Counted from the first letter of the stretch, positions 12,599 through 24,502 are shown. The stretch is DNA of 64,000 bases from Chitinophagales bacterium (GCA_964203405.1 CAXNLL010000001.1:317814-381813); one strand, 5' to 3'. A program made the numbers and translations. The notes: generated by a model from the letters alone, not told the origin.

Positions 12599-12712
12599 GT
12601 GGGAAAAAAAGGTATAATTAGAGTAAATGAAAGTCAAACAACCTCTCTCCAAAGCCTTACTATCATTGCATTACAGAGTGATTATCAATATTTTATAAAT
12701 CATATTTTTTAT

Positions 12713-12725
12713 CTGTTCTGGGCAC
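12713..12725 (+). repeat. att core copy 2, CTGTTCTGGGCAC
   Basis: identical to the tRNA-Leu 3' end at 9655-9667. Confidence 0.85.
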
Positions 12726-12915
12726 AAACCCTGTCACGATTTTCGGGACAGGGTTTTTTGTTTCGAAGCTGTGTCAAAAGCTTGCTTTTGTAAACAGATG
12801 AGAAGCAAAAAACCCAACGATATCGCAAAGCGATATTGTTGAAAGGGTTTGGGTAAGACCAACTTTTAGGAAGACGGCGAAATGAAATGAAGCCGACAGT
12901 CCTGAAAGAGTTTTT
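12726..12915. repeat. multi-hairpin tRNA-linked repeat element
   Basis: four stem-loops; 12751-12780 is identical to 31065-31094. Confidence 0.6.
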
Positions 12916-13308
12916 TTATTTAGAAACTCCAATAGTACGAACAGCCCTTACAGAACATGTATTCAGCAACTTATTGGCGAAGTATTGTGTGCCATCACTG
13001 AAGTCCTGCTTCCACGCTGAACTAACAATTTCCTCTAAGGAACACCAATAACGATTGGTTACAAATCCACCAATTTTAATTCTGTTTTGATATAAATCAT
13101 TCAATTCATCTTTAGTGGGTAATCTCCAACCATCACCTAATGCTTCACAAACTTTTTTTGCATCATCCCAAGTCATTTTAACTGGAAAATCATTTTGTGC
13201 AACTTCTAAATTGGCTATTTTGATAGTTGTTCCAATAATAGTAGCTGCAGTTTGACCCACACCCATATAAGATGCAAGTAAAAATGGAATAATTAATAAC
13301 TTTTTCAT
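12916..13308 (-). CDS. secreted DUF1566 (Lcl C-terminal/CLec-fold) protein
   Basis: signal peptide; MTWDDAKKVCEALGDGWRLPTKDEL, YWCS, AW, VRAVR motifs. Confidence 0.8.
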   Translation of the reverse strand: MKKLLIIPFLLASYMGVGQTAATIIGTTIKIANLEVAQNDFPVKMTWDDAKKVCEALGDGWRLPTKDELNDLYQNRIKIGGFVTNRYWCSLEEIVSSAWKQDFSDGTQYFANKLLNTCSVRAVRTIGVSK

Positions 13309-13318
13309 ATTGTTTATT

Positions 13319-14896
13319 TTATTTTAAAATCGTTAAGGCTTTTCTAGGAATTCGCTCCGTTGCCATGGCAGCATGATAAATATAAGATGCCATAATAGTA
13401 GCATTTTTCATTAAGTCCTCAGGCTGTATGCCTTCAAGATAATCAAGATTGGTATGCCCTGCAGTACCAGGTGTTCTGTCTTGTAAATATTGAAATCCTG
13501 GAAGACCCACTTCATCAAAAGAAACATGGTCGGTACTACCTAAACTTTGATTAGAAACCATATTCATACCTAAATCACGAAAAGGTTCCATCCATGCAGT
13601 AAGCATAGTTCTTGCCGCTTCATTGCCTTGTAAATATATGCCACGATATTGCCCTGCACCATAGTCTTGATTGAAGTAAGCAGATAACATTTCATACTCG
13701 GGCTTAATACCAATGGCTGCATTACGCGGGTCACCAAAATGTTTTTGTACATAAGCGCGAGAACCATACAGGCCTTGTTCTTCCCCCGACCATAAAGCTA
13801 TACGAATAGTGCGCATTGGTTTTACACCTAATGTTTTAAGTATACGCATTGCTTCCAATGCGACTGCTGTGCCAGATGAATTATCACTTGCATTAGAACT
13901 TCCATGCCAAGTATCAAAATGTGCACCCACCATTACAATGCCTGCTTTAGGATCAGTCCCTTGTATTTCACCCACAAGGTTCATTGCTTGTTCTACCTTA
14001 TCCCCTATTTTATTTTTTATTTCAAATTCTATTTTAACTGAAATACCTCTTTTTAAAACGCGAAACATTCTATTATAATGTTCTGGGGTTACTGCTAAAA
14101 TGGGAGATGAATTTTTCATACCTGCAGCAGACCAACCATCTTCTCTTACACCGGGACGAGAATAAGCAGGCACAATGCCAAGTCTATTGCCATCAGTTTG
14201 TAAAACCACTGCTACATTTTCAGATTTTAAAAAAGCCAAGCGTTCTACTGCTGTTATAATAGTTGGGTTTTTAATAACCCTAGCTGCATTTGCTTTTATA
14301 GGAGTAATAGTTGCTTGCTCAAGCGCAATAAGTTCTTCATTATTATAACGGTGTACCCCATTGATAAGTGTTAGTAAATCAATTACAGCAGGGCTTGAAA
14401 TAAGAACCGCCTTTCCTTTTAGTTTACCTCTATACAACTCTATATCTTCTTTGGTTTGAATATCCACCACCATCGCCTCTGCATTTATTTTGCCTACTGT
14501 ACCCGCAGTATATGCAACAGGATAAGCATTGAGTGGCATGTAATCGGGTTCAATCATATGTGCCGATACATATTCATTATCCCAGGTAACGCCATAGTCC
14601 ATATAGGCTTCACTATTCACTTGGCTTAATCCCATTTTTTTCATTTCATCTAAAGCCCAAACTTGCGCTCTTTGCATATCACGAGACAAAGTAAGTCTTG
14701 CACCTAATACATCTACGATATAAGACTCATACTCCATTACTTTGGAATGTTGCAAACCTTCTTCGCGTATACGCGCTACCATGGCCCAGTCTACTAAACC
14801 AGTTAAGGTTAAAGGAAGGGTAAACGCAAAGGAAGAGGTAAGCACAAGTACAAAGGAAATGACACGAACAATTTTATTTTTAAAAAATGTTTTCAT
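13319..14896 (-). CDS. M28 family peptidase
   Basis: VMVGAHFDTW, ASDNSSG, LWSGEEQGLYGS, STDH; signal peptide. Confidence 0.88.
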   Translation of the reverse strand: MKTFFKNKIVRVISFVLVLTSSFAFTLPLTLTGLVDWAMVARIREEGLQHSKVMEYESYIVDVLGARLTLSRDMQRAQVWALDEMKKMGLSQVNSEAYMDYGVTWDNEYVSAHMIEPDYMPLNAYPVAYTAGTVGKINAEAMVVDIQTKEDIELYRGKLKGKAVLISSPAVIDLLTLINGVHRYNNEELIALEQATITPIKANAARVIKNPTIITAVERLAFLKSENVAVVLQTDGNRLGIVPAYSRPGVREDGWSAAGMKNSSPILAVTPEHYNRMFRVLKRGISVKIEFEIKNKIGDKVEQAMNLVGEIQGTDPKAGIVMVGAHFDTWHGSSNASDNSSGTAVALEAMRILKTLGVKPMRTIRIALWSGEEQGLYGSRAYVQKHFGDPRNAAIGIKPEYEMLSAYFNQDYGAGQYRGIYLQGNEAARTMLTAWMEPFRDLGMNMVSNQSLGSTDHVSFDEVGLPGFQYLQDRTPGTAGHTNLDYLEGIQPEDLMKNATIMASYIYHAAMATERIPRKALTILK

Positions 14897-14962
14897 TAGA
14901 ACTAAATTTATTTATAGAAATATATTATTCTACTTTCAATATACTAAATATTCTTAGAACTA

Positions 14963-16498
14963 TTATTTCTCCATGGTCATAATAGCTGAGAAAACCTGAA
15001 TACCCTCAAAAAAGTTCTTCAACTTAATATTCTCATTTTCGGCATGTTGGTTATTGTCGTGATTGGCAATAGGTACCGTCACAGGAGAAGTTTTTAATAC
15101 TTTTTCAAATACAAATAAAGGAAGACTTCCTCCAAGTGTTGGAAGCAATAGTGGCTGTTCATTATTCACAAGTGATATGGCTTTTGAAATTCTTCTTACA
15201 TAAACATTATCTAAAGAAGTTTTTTGGGCATTGTAACTTTTTTTATCCCTTACCACCATACAAATTTTTGCATTTAATCTTCTTTCTTCATCGGTGGGTT
15301 CATTATCTGTTACAAAAAAGCCTTGAGCTTTAATATGGTCAATTACTTTTTGTTGTTGTTTTTCCCAATCATTGCCAACTACCAATCTCATATCCACAGA
15401 AGCAATGGCCTTTGTAGGTATTACATTGGCAGAATATTTGCCTACGCCTGCACTTTGTATACCATTGATATTTAAAGAAGGTAATTGTAAAGCATCATTT
15501 AAGGCACCTTGTCTTTCTGTGGCATTAATACCTAACTCTTTTTTAAGTTGGTCCTCTACACTAGGAATATTCGCAAGGGCTTGCTTTTCACTAGTAGATA
15601 AAGCTATTACATCGTCGTAAAAACCTTTAATAGTTACTTCCCCCTTTTCATTTTTCATACTAGCCAGTAATCTTACGAGTTCCATGGCTGGGTTCAATAC
15701 CCAATTACCATAATGTCCAGAGTGTAGTGGACGCTTTGGGCCAAATACAGTTAATTCTAAATGTGTATCTCCTCTCACCCCCATTACCAATTGTTTTTTA
15801 CCAGACTGATGCACAGGGCCATCACATATCACCCAAATATTCGACGCTAACTTATTTTTATATAATTCTAAAAACGATTCTAAATTAGGCGAACCTGCTT
15901 CTTCTTCTCCTTCGAAGAAAAACTTAATATTCACAGTAGGTTTTATATTCAAAGCTTTTAACTGCGCATAGGCATTTATAATAGCCATCACCCCTGCTTT
16001 ATCATCGGAAGCCCCTCTTGCATATATTCTTGCGTTTACATCATAGTTATTTCCAGTACTTAACCAAGGCAAGACAGTGGCTCCATTTTCATAGCTACCA
16101 CTGTATAGTGCAGGCTTAAAAGGATGTAAACCTGGGAACCATTTAGTAGAATCAACAGGTTGGCCATCGTAGTGCGCATAAAAAATAATGGTTTCAGTAG
16201 CACCAGGAACTTTTACTTCTCCATATACCACAGGAGGCATTTGACTATTAGGAAGCGTAAGCAAACTTACTTCTTCAATCCCTTTTGATTGCATGTAATT
16301 TTTTATCCAATTAGCATTGTCCTGCAAACCTTTGGGGTTGACTGCTACATTAGGAATAGATAAAAACGATCTAAACTCTTCTACTAAATTAGATTGCTGT
16401 TCATTGATTGATTTTTTAATAAGCGCCTGCCCATTTTGTGCAAATACAGTTCCTGTAAAAAATAAACTAATTACTAAAATTTTGATCTTGTTTTTCAT
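14963..16498 (-). CDS. M20/M25/M40 family metallopeptidase
   Basis: YAHYDGQP, ARGASDDKAG, FEGEEEAGS, LHSGHYG, NQHAENE; signal peptide. Confidence 0.88.
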   Translation of the reverse strand: MKNKIKILVISLFFTGTVFAQNGQALIKKSINEQQSNLVEEFRSFLSIPNVAVNPKGLQDNANWIKNYMQSKGIEEVSLLTLPNSQMPPVVYGEVKVPGATETIIFYAHYDGQPVDSTKWFPGLHPFKPALYSGSYENGATVLPWLSTGNNYDVNARIYARGASDDKAGVMAIINAYAQLKALNIKPTVNIKFFFEGEEEAGSPNLESFLELYKNKLASNIWVICDGPVHQSGKKQLVMGVRGDTHLELTVFGPKRPLHSGHYGNWVLNPAMELVRLLASMKNEKGEVTIKGFYDDVIALSTSEKQALANIPSVEDQLKKELGINATERQGALNDALQLPSLNINGIQSAGVGKYSANVIPTKAIASVDMRLVVGNDWEKQQQKVIDHIKAQGFFVTDNEPTDEERRLNAKICMVVRDKKSYNAQKTSLDNVYVRRISKAISLVNNEQPLLLPTLGGSLPLFVFEKVLKTSPVTVPIANHDNNQHAENENIKLKNFFEGIQVFSAIMTMEK

Positions 16499-16514
16499 GT
16501 TCTTATTTATATTT

Positions 16515-16544
16515 AAAAAGCCTCCCTATAAAGGAAGGCTTTTT
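16515..16544. terminator. intrinsic terminator after katG
   Basis: AAAAAGCCTCCC/GGAAGGCTTTTT hairpin. Confidence 0.6.
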
Positions 16545-16562
16545 ATTTGTATTGTAAAAATA

Positions 16563-18808
<2,246 letters not shown>

Positions 18809-18882
18809 TTACTACAAATACTCATTTATTAGTATCAAAAAACGGAAAAAATTACCCTAATTGTGGAGTTAATTATACACAA

Positions 18883-19335
18883 TTACTCATTTCCTCCAAC
18901 AATCTTGCTGGTACTTCTATATAAGTAATTTTCGTAGATATGTCGTCTTGCAAAACGATCGGGTGTGTCGGCATTTACTAATTTAACATAGATGGCTTTA
19001 GGTACACCATAATATTCATATTCATTACCATCGGAAAATACTACTCTTAGTATTTCAGATTTAAATTCGAAGTCGTCAATACTGGCATCTGTTGTAGTGG
19101 CTATATAGGCATCCTTGGTGGCTTCATGTGTTTCAATGTGCACGCTCACTAAAAAATGATAAGACGCAATTAATTTTGCAGACTTTTCTTCTGCCATTTT
19201 TTTAGCCTCATCGCTGTCTTGAAATTTATCGGGATGCCATTCCATCATGATCTTACGATATACTTTTTTCAAGTCGCTTAAAGTAGCTTTATCGTCTACG
19301 CCTAAAATGGCTCTATGTCTTTCAATTCTCTTCAT
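18883..19335 (-). CDS. DnaJ J-domain/KTSC domain fusion protein
   Basis: LKKVYRKIMMEWHPDKF J domain; LRVVFSDGNEYEYYGVP KTSC-like C-terminus. Confidence 0.8.
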   Translation of the reverse strand: MKRIERHRAILGVDDKATLSDLKKVYRKIMMEWHPDKFQDSDEAKKMAEEKSAKLIASYHFLVSVHIETHEATKDAYIATTTDASIDDFEFKSEILRVVFSDGNEYEYYGVPKAIYVKLVNADTPDRFARRHIYENYLYRSTSKIVGGNE

Positions 19336-19382
19336 ATATAAATTATGCTGCGCGAAGGTACATTAAACTTATTTAAATAAAG

Positions 19383-19412
19383 AAGCCCTCTCAGTGTAAA
19401 CTGAAAGGGCTT
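19383..19412. terminator. intrinsic terminator after dnaK
   Basis: AAGCCCTCTCAG/CTGAAAGGGCTT hairpin. Confidence 0.6.
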
Positions 19413-19453
19413 AACATTATGATAATACTTTGAGCCAATAAAGGCAATCAAGA

Positions 19454-21371
19454 TTATTTTACTTCTTCAAACTGAGCATCTTCAACAGTATCGTTGGCTG
19501 CTCCACCATTTGCTTGTCCGCCTGCTTGTTCTGCACCTGCTTGTTCAGGGCCAGCTGCACCGGCTGCTTGTGCTTTGTAAATTTCTTCACTTGCAGCAGT
19601 CCATGCAGTATTCATAGCTTCTAAAGCGCTGTCTACTTGTAGCAGTATCTTGAGATAGCATGTGCTTCTTTTAATATTTGCTAAAGCTGTTTCAATAGGT
19701 GCTTTTTTATCTGCAGAAATTTTATCACCAAATTCCTTCAATTGTTTTTCTGTTTGGAAAATTAAGCTGTCTGCTTGGTTTAATTTCTCTACTCTATCTT
19801 TTTCTATTTTATCACCAGCTTCGTTGGCTTTGGCTTCGGCTTTCATTTTTTCAATTTCTTCCTTAGTCAAACCACTACCCGCTTCAATTCTAATTTTTTG
19901 TTCTTTACCAGTGCCTTTATCTTTTGCACTTACATTTAAGATACCATTGGCATCAATATCAAAAGTAACTTCAATTTGAGGAACGCCTCTTGGTGCTGGT
20001 GGAATACCATCCAAGTTAAACATACCTAAACTTTTATTTTGAGGAGCCATTGGACGCTCGCCTTGTAATACATGAATTTGTACACCTGGTTGATTATCAC
20101 TAGCAGTAGAATACACTTCTGTTTTCTTAGTAGGAATAGTTGTGTTAGAAGAAATCATGGTAGTCATTACACCACCCATTGTTTCAATACCTAAGTTTAA
20201 AGGTGTAACGTCTAATAACAATACATCTTTCACATCTCCTGTTAATACTGCCACCTTGAATACCTGCACCAATGGCTACCACTTCATCAGGGTTCACAGA
20301 ACGGTTAGGTTTTTTACCAAAGAACTTTTCTACTATTTCTTGTATTTTAGGAATTCTTGAAGAACCTCCTACTAAAATAACTTCATCAATTTGTGATACA
20401 GAATATCCTGCATCTTTCAATGCAATTTCACAAGGCTTTAAACAACGTGCAAATAAATTATCTGCTAATGATTCAAATTTAGCTCTTGTTAATTTTAATA
20501 CTAAGTGCTTAGGAACGCCATCTACTGCAGTAATATAAGGCAAGTTAATTTCTGTTTCAGAAGAAGAACTTAATTCTACTTTCGCTTTTTCAGCAGCTTC
20601 TTTTAATCTTTGTAAAGCCATTGGATCTTTTCTTAAATCAATTGCTTCTTGTTTTTTAAATTCATCTGCTAAAAAGTCCATAATTACTTTATCAAAATCA
20701 TCACCCCCTAAGTGTGTATCTCCGTTAGTAGATTTTACTTCAAATACACCATCTCCTAAATCCAAGACAGAAATATCAAAAGTTCCACCACCTAAATCGA
20801 ATACAGCAATTTTTTGCTCAATATTTTTCTTATCTAAACCATAAGCTAATGCCGCTGCAGTTGGTTCGTTTACAATTCTGCGCACATTCAATCCTGCAAT
20901 CTCACCTGCTTCTTTTGTTGCTTGTCTTTGTGCATCGTTAAAATAAGCAGGTACAGTAATGACTGCATCTGTTACTTCAGTGCCTAAATAATCTTCAGCG
21001 GTTTTTTTCATCTTCTGTAAAACCATTGCAGAAATTTCTTGTGGAGTATACATACGACCGTCGATATCAACACGCACGGTGTCGTTCTCGCCTTGTACAA
21101 TTTTATAACTCCAATGAGTCTTCTCTTCAGTAATCTCATTAAAACGACGACCCATAAAACGCTTCACACTTGATATCGTGTTTTCAGGGTTCGTGATAGC
21201 TTGACGCTTAGCAGGATCTCCCACTTTACGCTCGCCATTTTTTAAGAAGGCAACTACTGAAGGGGTAGTTCTACGTCCTTCATCATTGGCGATCACTACT
21301 GGTTCGCCACCTTCCATAACTGATACGCAACTATTTGTCGTACCTAGGTCAATTCCTATTATTTTTGCCAT
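19454..21371 (-). CDS. dnaK: chaperone DnaK (frameshifted)
   Basis: [56 protein letters not shown]. Confidence 0.96.
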
Positions 21372-21456
21372 AATGCTTGATTTTCAATGATTAATTACTC
21401 TACTATAGTCAATCTTTATGCCATAATAGGTATGCCCATATAGGGGTGCAAATTTG

Positions 21457-22041
21457 TCATATATGGCAGAAAATAAGGCTAAATGAAGGCCAAAATTGAC
21501 ATAGAAAATTTAAAAAGGGGTAGAAAAGGCAGAGAATTACATTGGTTTCAGAACCCTTAAAAGTGAAGTTCTTTTGACTAGTATAGCTGAAAATAACCAC
21601 AAAAAAGGTGGTGACTATTTTAGCCATGGTAGGAAACCAACCTAAATAATCAACAAATAGCTTTAAAAAACCATAATTAAGTAGCACACAGCCCAGCACT
21701 ACAATGAAATACTTCATGAGTTGTTTGCGCTTGGTAACCGTGGTTTCTTGAAAGACCACATACCTACTTAAATAAAAGCCTATGGGGAAGGTGATGCAGA
21801 AAGAAATGATAAAGGAAGCTATATGGGGACTAATACTAAGCATGCCTATATTAATGATCTCTTTTTGTAAGATGTAATTATAAGAAACAAAGAATAAGCT
21901 AATATCTAATATCGTATTCGCACCACCACAGGCAGCGTATCTGAAAGTTTTTAAGGGCATCATTTTCTTGAAAAGGGGATAAAACCAATCTATCATTCCA
22001 AGAATAACTTTGCTAATAAAGTCGTGTAGTTTCAACATCAA
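21457..22041 (-). CDS. GtrA family membrane protein (C-terminal tail may be a frameshift extension)
   Basis: FRYAACGGANT, four TM segments, SRYVVF, KNFTFK. Confidence 0.78.
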   Translation of the reverse strand: MMLKLHDFISKVILGMIDWFYPLFKKMMPLKTFRYAACGGANTILDISLFFVSYNYILQKEIINIGMLSISPHIASFIISFCITFPIGFYLSRYVVFQETTVTKRKQLMKYFIVVLGCVLLNYGFLKLFVDYLGWFPTMAKIVTTFFVVIFSYTSQKNFTFKGSETNVILCLFYPFLNFLCQFWPSFSLIFCHI

Positions 22042-22092
22042 TGCGCTAAGATAATCTTAATTAATTACTTTTGTCCTAGGCAAGCCCAATTT

Positions 22093-23862
22093 ATGAATTT
22101 AATAACTCTTTTAAAACAGACCACATCTGCAAGCTTAGATAGCTTGTACCAGGTTAAAATTCAACCTGATCAAGTATTGGTGAATGCCACTAAACCTGAA
22201 TTTGAAGGAGACTATACCATTGTACTTTTTGCCTTTGTAAAACAATTAGGCAAGAACCCAGAGGTCGTTGGTAATGAATTAGGCAATGCTATGCAAAAGG
22301 CGTTACCTGGTATAATTACTAAGTTCAACATTGTAAAAGGGTTTTTAAATTTTACTATTAGCAACGACTATTGGTTAGAGTTTATTCAACACCTTTCGCC
22401 TAATGAGTTAATGCCTGCTGTTGAGCATAAAAGAAAAATTATGGTGGAGTACTCCTCCCCTAATACCAATAAGCCTTTACACTTAGGTCATTTAAGAAAT
22501 AATTTTTTAGGATGGAGTATTGCAGAAATTTTAAAACTGCAAGGACATGAAGTAGTAAAAACTTGTATTGTAAATGATAGAGGTATTCATATTTGTAAAA
22601 GTATGATTGCTTGGCAATTATTTGCAAATGGTGCTACACCTGAATCAAGCCATAAAAAAGGCGACCACTTTGTGGGAGATTACTACGTTAAATACAATGA
22701 CGCCTATAAAGCTGAAGTAGCTGAATTAGTAGCGGGTGGTATGATGCAAGAGACTGCAGAAAAAGAAGCCCCTATTTTAAAAGGGGCACAAGAAATGCTA
22801 TTGAAATGGGAACAAGGCGATGCAGCTACTTTGGATTTATGGAAGAAGATGAACGCTTGGGTATACGAAGGCTTTGAAGTCACTTATAAAAAAATTGGTT
22901 CGGACTTTTTCAAAACCTATTATGAGAGCAATACTTATTTATTGGGTAAGGAATTAGTAGAAGAAGGACTTACTAAAAAAGTATTTTATCAAAAAGAAGA
23001 CAGCTCTGTTTGGATAGACTTAACACCCGATGGCTTGGATGAAAAAATTGTGCGTCGTAAAGACGGTACTTCTGTGTATATGACCCAAGATATTGGCCTA
23101 GCTCAATTAAAACAAAAAGAGTTTAATACCGATGCAAGTATTTATGTGGTGGGTGATGAACAAAATTATCATTTCAAAGTTTTAAAATTAATTTGTCAAA
23201 AGTTAAAGCAGCCTGCTGCTGATGGTATTTACCATTTAAGTTATGGTATGGTGGAACTACCTACAGGTAAAATGAAAAGCCGCGAAGGAACTGTGGTGGA
23301 CGCCGATGATTTAGTGGACGAGATGATTAATATCTCTAAAGAAAAAACAGAAGCCTTGGGCAAGGTATCTGATTTTACAAGCGAGCAATTAATAGCACTG
23401 TATAATACCATTGGACTAGGTGCCCTTAAATTTTTCTTATTAAGAGTAGATCCTAAAAAGAAAATGATATTCAACCCAGAAGAAAGTATCGATTTTCATG
23501 GTTTTACGGGGCCTTTTATTCAATATACACATGCGCGTATTAAAAGTATATTAAGAAAAACAGGCACAGCGGTAAGCATTACCCCTAATGAACTACTTCC
23601 TTTAGAAAAACAATTAGCGATAGAGCTTTCCACCTTTCCAGAAGTGGTGAATGAAGCGGCCGATAATTTAGACCCGTCTAAATTAGCCATCTATGCTTTT
23701 AACCTAGCTAAATTATTTAATACTTTTTACGCGGAGCATTCTATTTCCAATGCAGAATCGGAAGTAAAAAAACAATTAAGAATTCAATTGGGGATTTTAA
23801 CAGCGGCCACTTTACAAAAAGCCATGAGCGCTTTAGGCATTGCAGTTCCAGAACAAATGTAA
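22093..23862 (+). CDS. argS: arginine--tRNA ligase
   Basis: VEYSSPNTNKPLHLGHLRN, KMKSREG, GPFIQYTHARI. Confidence 0.96.
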   Translation: MNLITLLKQTTSASLDSLYQVKIQPDQVLVNATKPEFEGDYTIVLFAFVKQLGKNPEVVGNELGNAMQKALPGIITKFNIVKGFLNFTISNDYWLEFIQHLSPNELMPAVEHKRKIMVEYSSPNTNKPLHLGHLRNNFLGWSIAEILKLQGHEVVKTCIVNDRGIHICKSMIAWQLFANGATPESSHKKGDHFVGDYYVKYNDAYKAEVAELVAGGMMQETAEKEAPILKGAQEMLLKWEQGDAATLDLWKKMNAWVYEGFEVTYKKIGSDFFKTYYESNTYLLGKELVEEGLTKKVFYQKEDSSVWIDLTPDGLDEKIVRRKDGTSVYMTQDIGLAQLKQKEFNTDASIYVVGDEQNYHFKVLKLICQKLKQPAADGIYHLSYGMVELPTGKMKSREGTVVDADDLVDEMINISKEKTEALGKVSDFTSEQLIALYNTIGLGALKFFLLRVDPKKKMIFNPEESIDFHGFTGPFIQYTHARIKSILRKTGTAVSITPNELLPLEKQLAIELSTFPEVVNEAADNLDPSKLAIYAFNLAKLFNTFYAEHSISNAESEVKKQLRIQLGILTAATLQKAMSALGIAVPEQM

Positions 23863-23873
23863 TTGGTAAATTT

Positions 23874-24500
23874 TTAAGACCTTTTCAACTTAGAACTATT
23901 ATACACTTCAGGAGTTTCTTCTTCAAAACCCCACTGCGTTAATAAAGTTTCCATTTGCGCTTGAGGTAAAGAAGCTTTTTCATAATGGCCAGCATTCATT
24001 TTCTGACGCATGGCTTCATAAATACTCACTGCACAAGCCACGGATATATTTAAGCTTTGAATAATACCCATTTGCGGTATAATAAAATTGCCATCGGCTA
24101 AGTTTCTACATTCTTCCGTAACTCCCGCATGTTCATTGCCAAAAACTAAGGCCACCGACTCTGTAAAATTAATATCGTGAAGGCTTACTGCATCACTGGA
24201 TAAATGCGTGGTTAATATTTTAGTGAATTTTGTTCTTAGTTCCTTTACACATTCCTCTAATGAATCGAACTCATGAATGGTTAACCATTTTAAAGCACTA
24301 CTACTACTTCTATAACCCCATTTTTTATGTCTAGGTATTTTAGTGGTGACTACATATATATCTTGAATACCCACTGCATCACAAGTACGCATCACAGCAG
24401 AGACATTATGCGGGTCTTGCACATTCTCAAGCACCACCGTCAAATTTGCTTGACGCTTACTTAATACTTTTAATAATTTTTCACTGCGTTCTGGTGTCAT
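23874..24500 (-). CDS. trmH: SpoU-family tRNA (guanosine-2'-O)-methyltransferase
   Basis: DPHNVSAVMRTCDAVG, FGNEHAG, QSLNISVA. Confidence 0.85.
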   Translation of the reverse strand: MTPERSEKLLKVLSKRQANLTVVLENVQDPHNVSAVMRTCDAVGIQDIYVVTTKIPRHKKWGYRSSSSALKWLTIHEFDSLEECVKELRTKFTKILTTHLSSDAVSLHDINFTESVALVFGNEHAGVTEECRNLADGNFIIPQMGIIQSLNISVACAVSIYEAMRQKMNAGHYEKASLPQAQMETLLTQWGFEEETPEVYNSSKLKRS

Positions 24501-24502
24501 TC

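Larger units (their letters stand above)
9668..12725. mobile_element. integrase-less islet inserted at the tRNA-Leu(CAA) 3' end, carrying one nuclease-helicase gene
   Basis: 13-bp duplication of the tRNA 3' end, arm-type repeats and IHF-like boxes at both ends, single non-core gene; a trailer like that of the other tRNA-Leu follows the right copy. Confidence 0.8.

Noticed and set aside
12599-12793. 64-aa ORF at the islet right end as an excisionase
   Set aside because: It crosses the att core and the hairpins, starts at GTG and has no HTH pattern; likely spurious.
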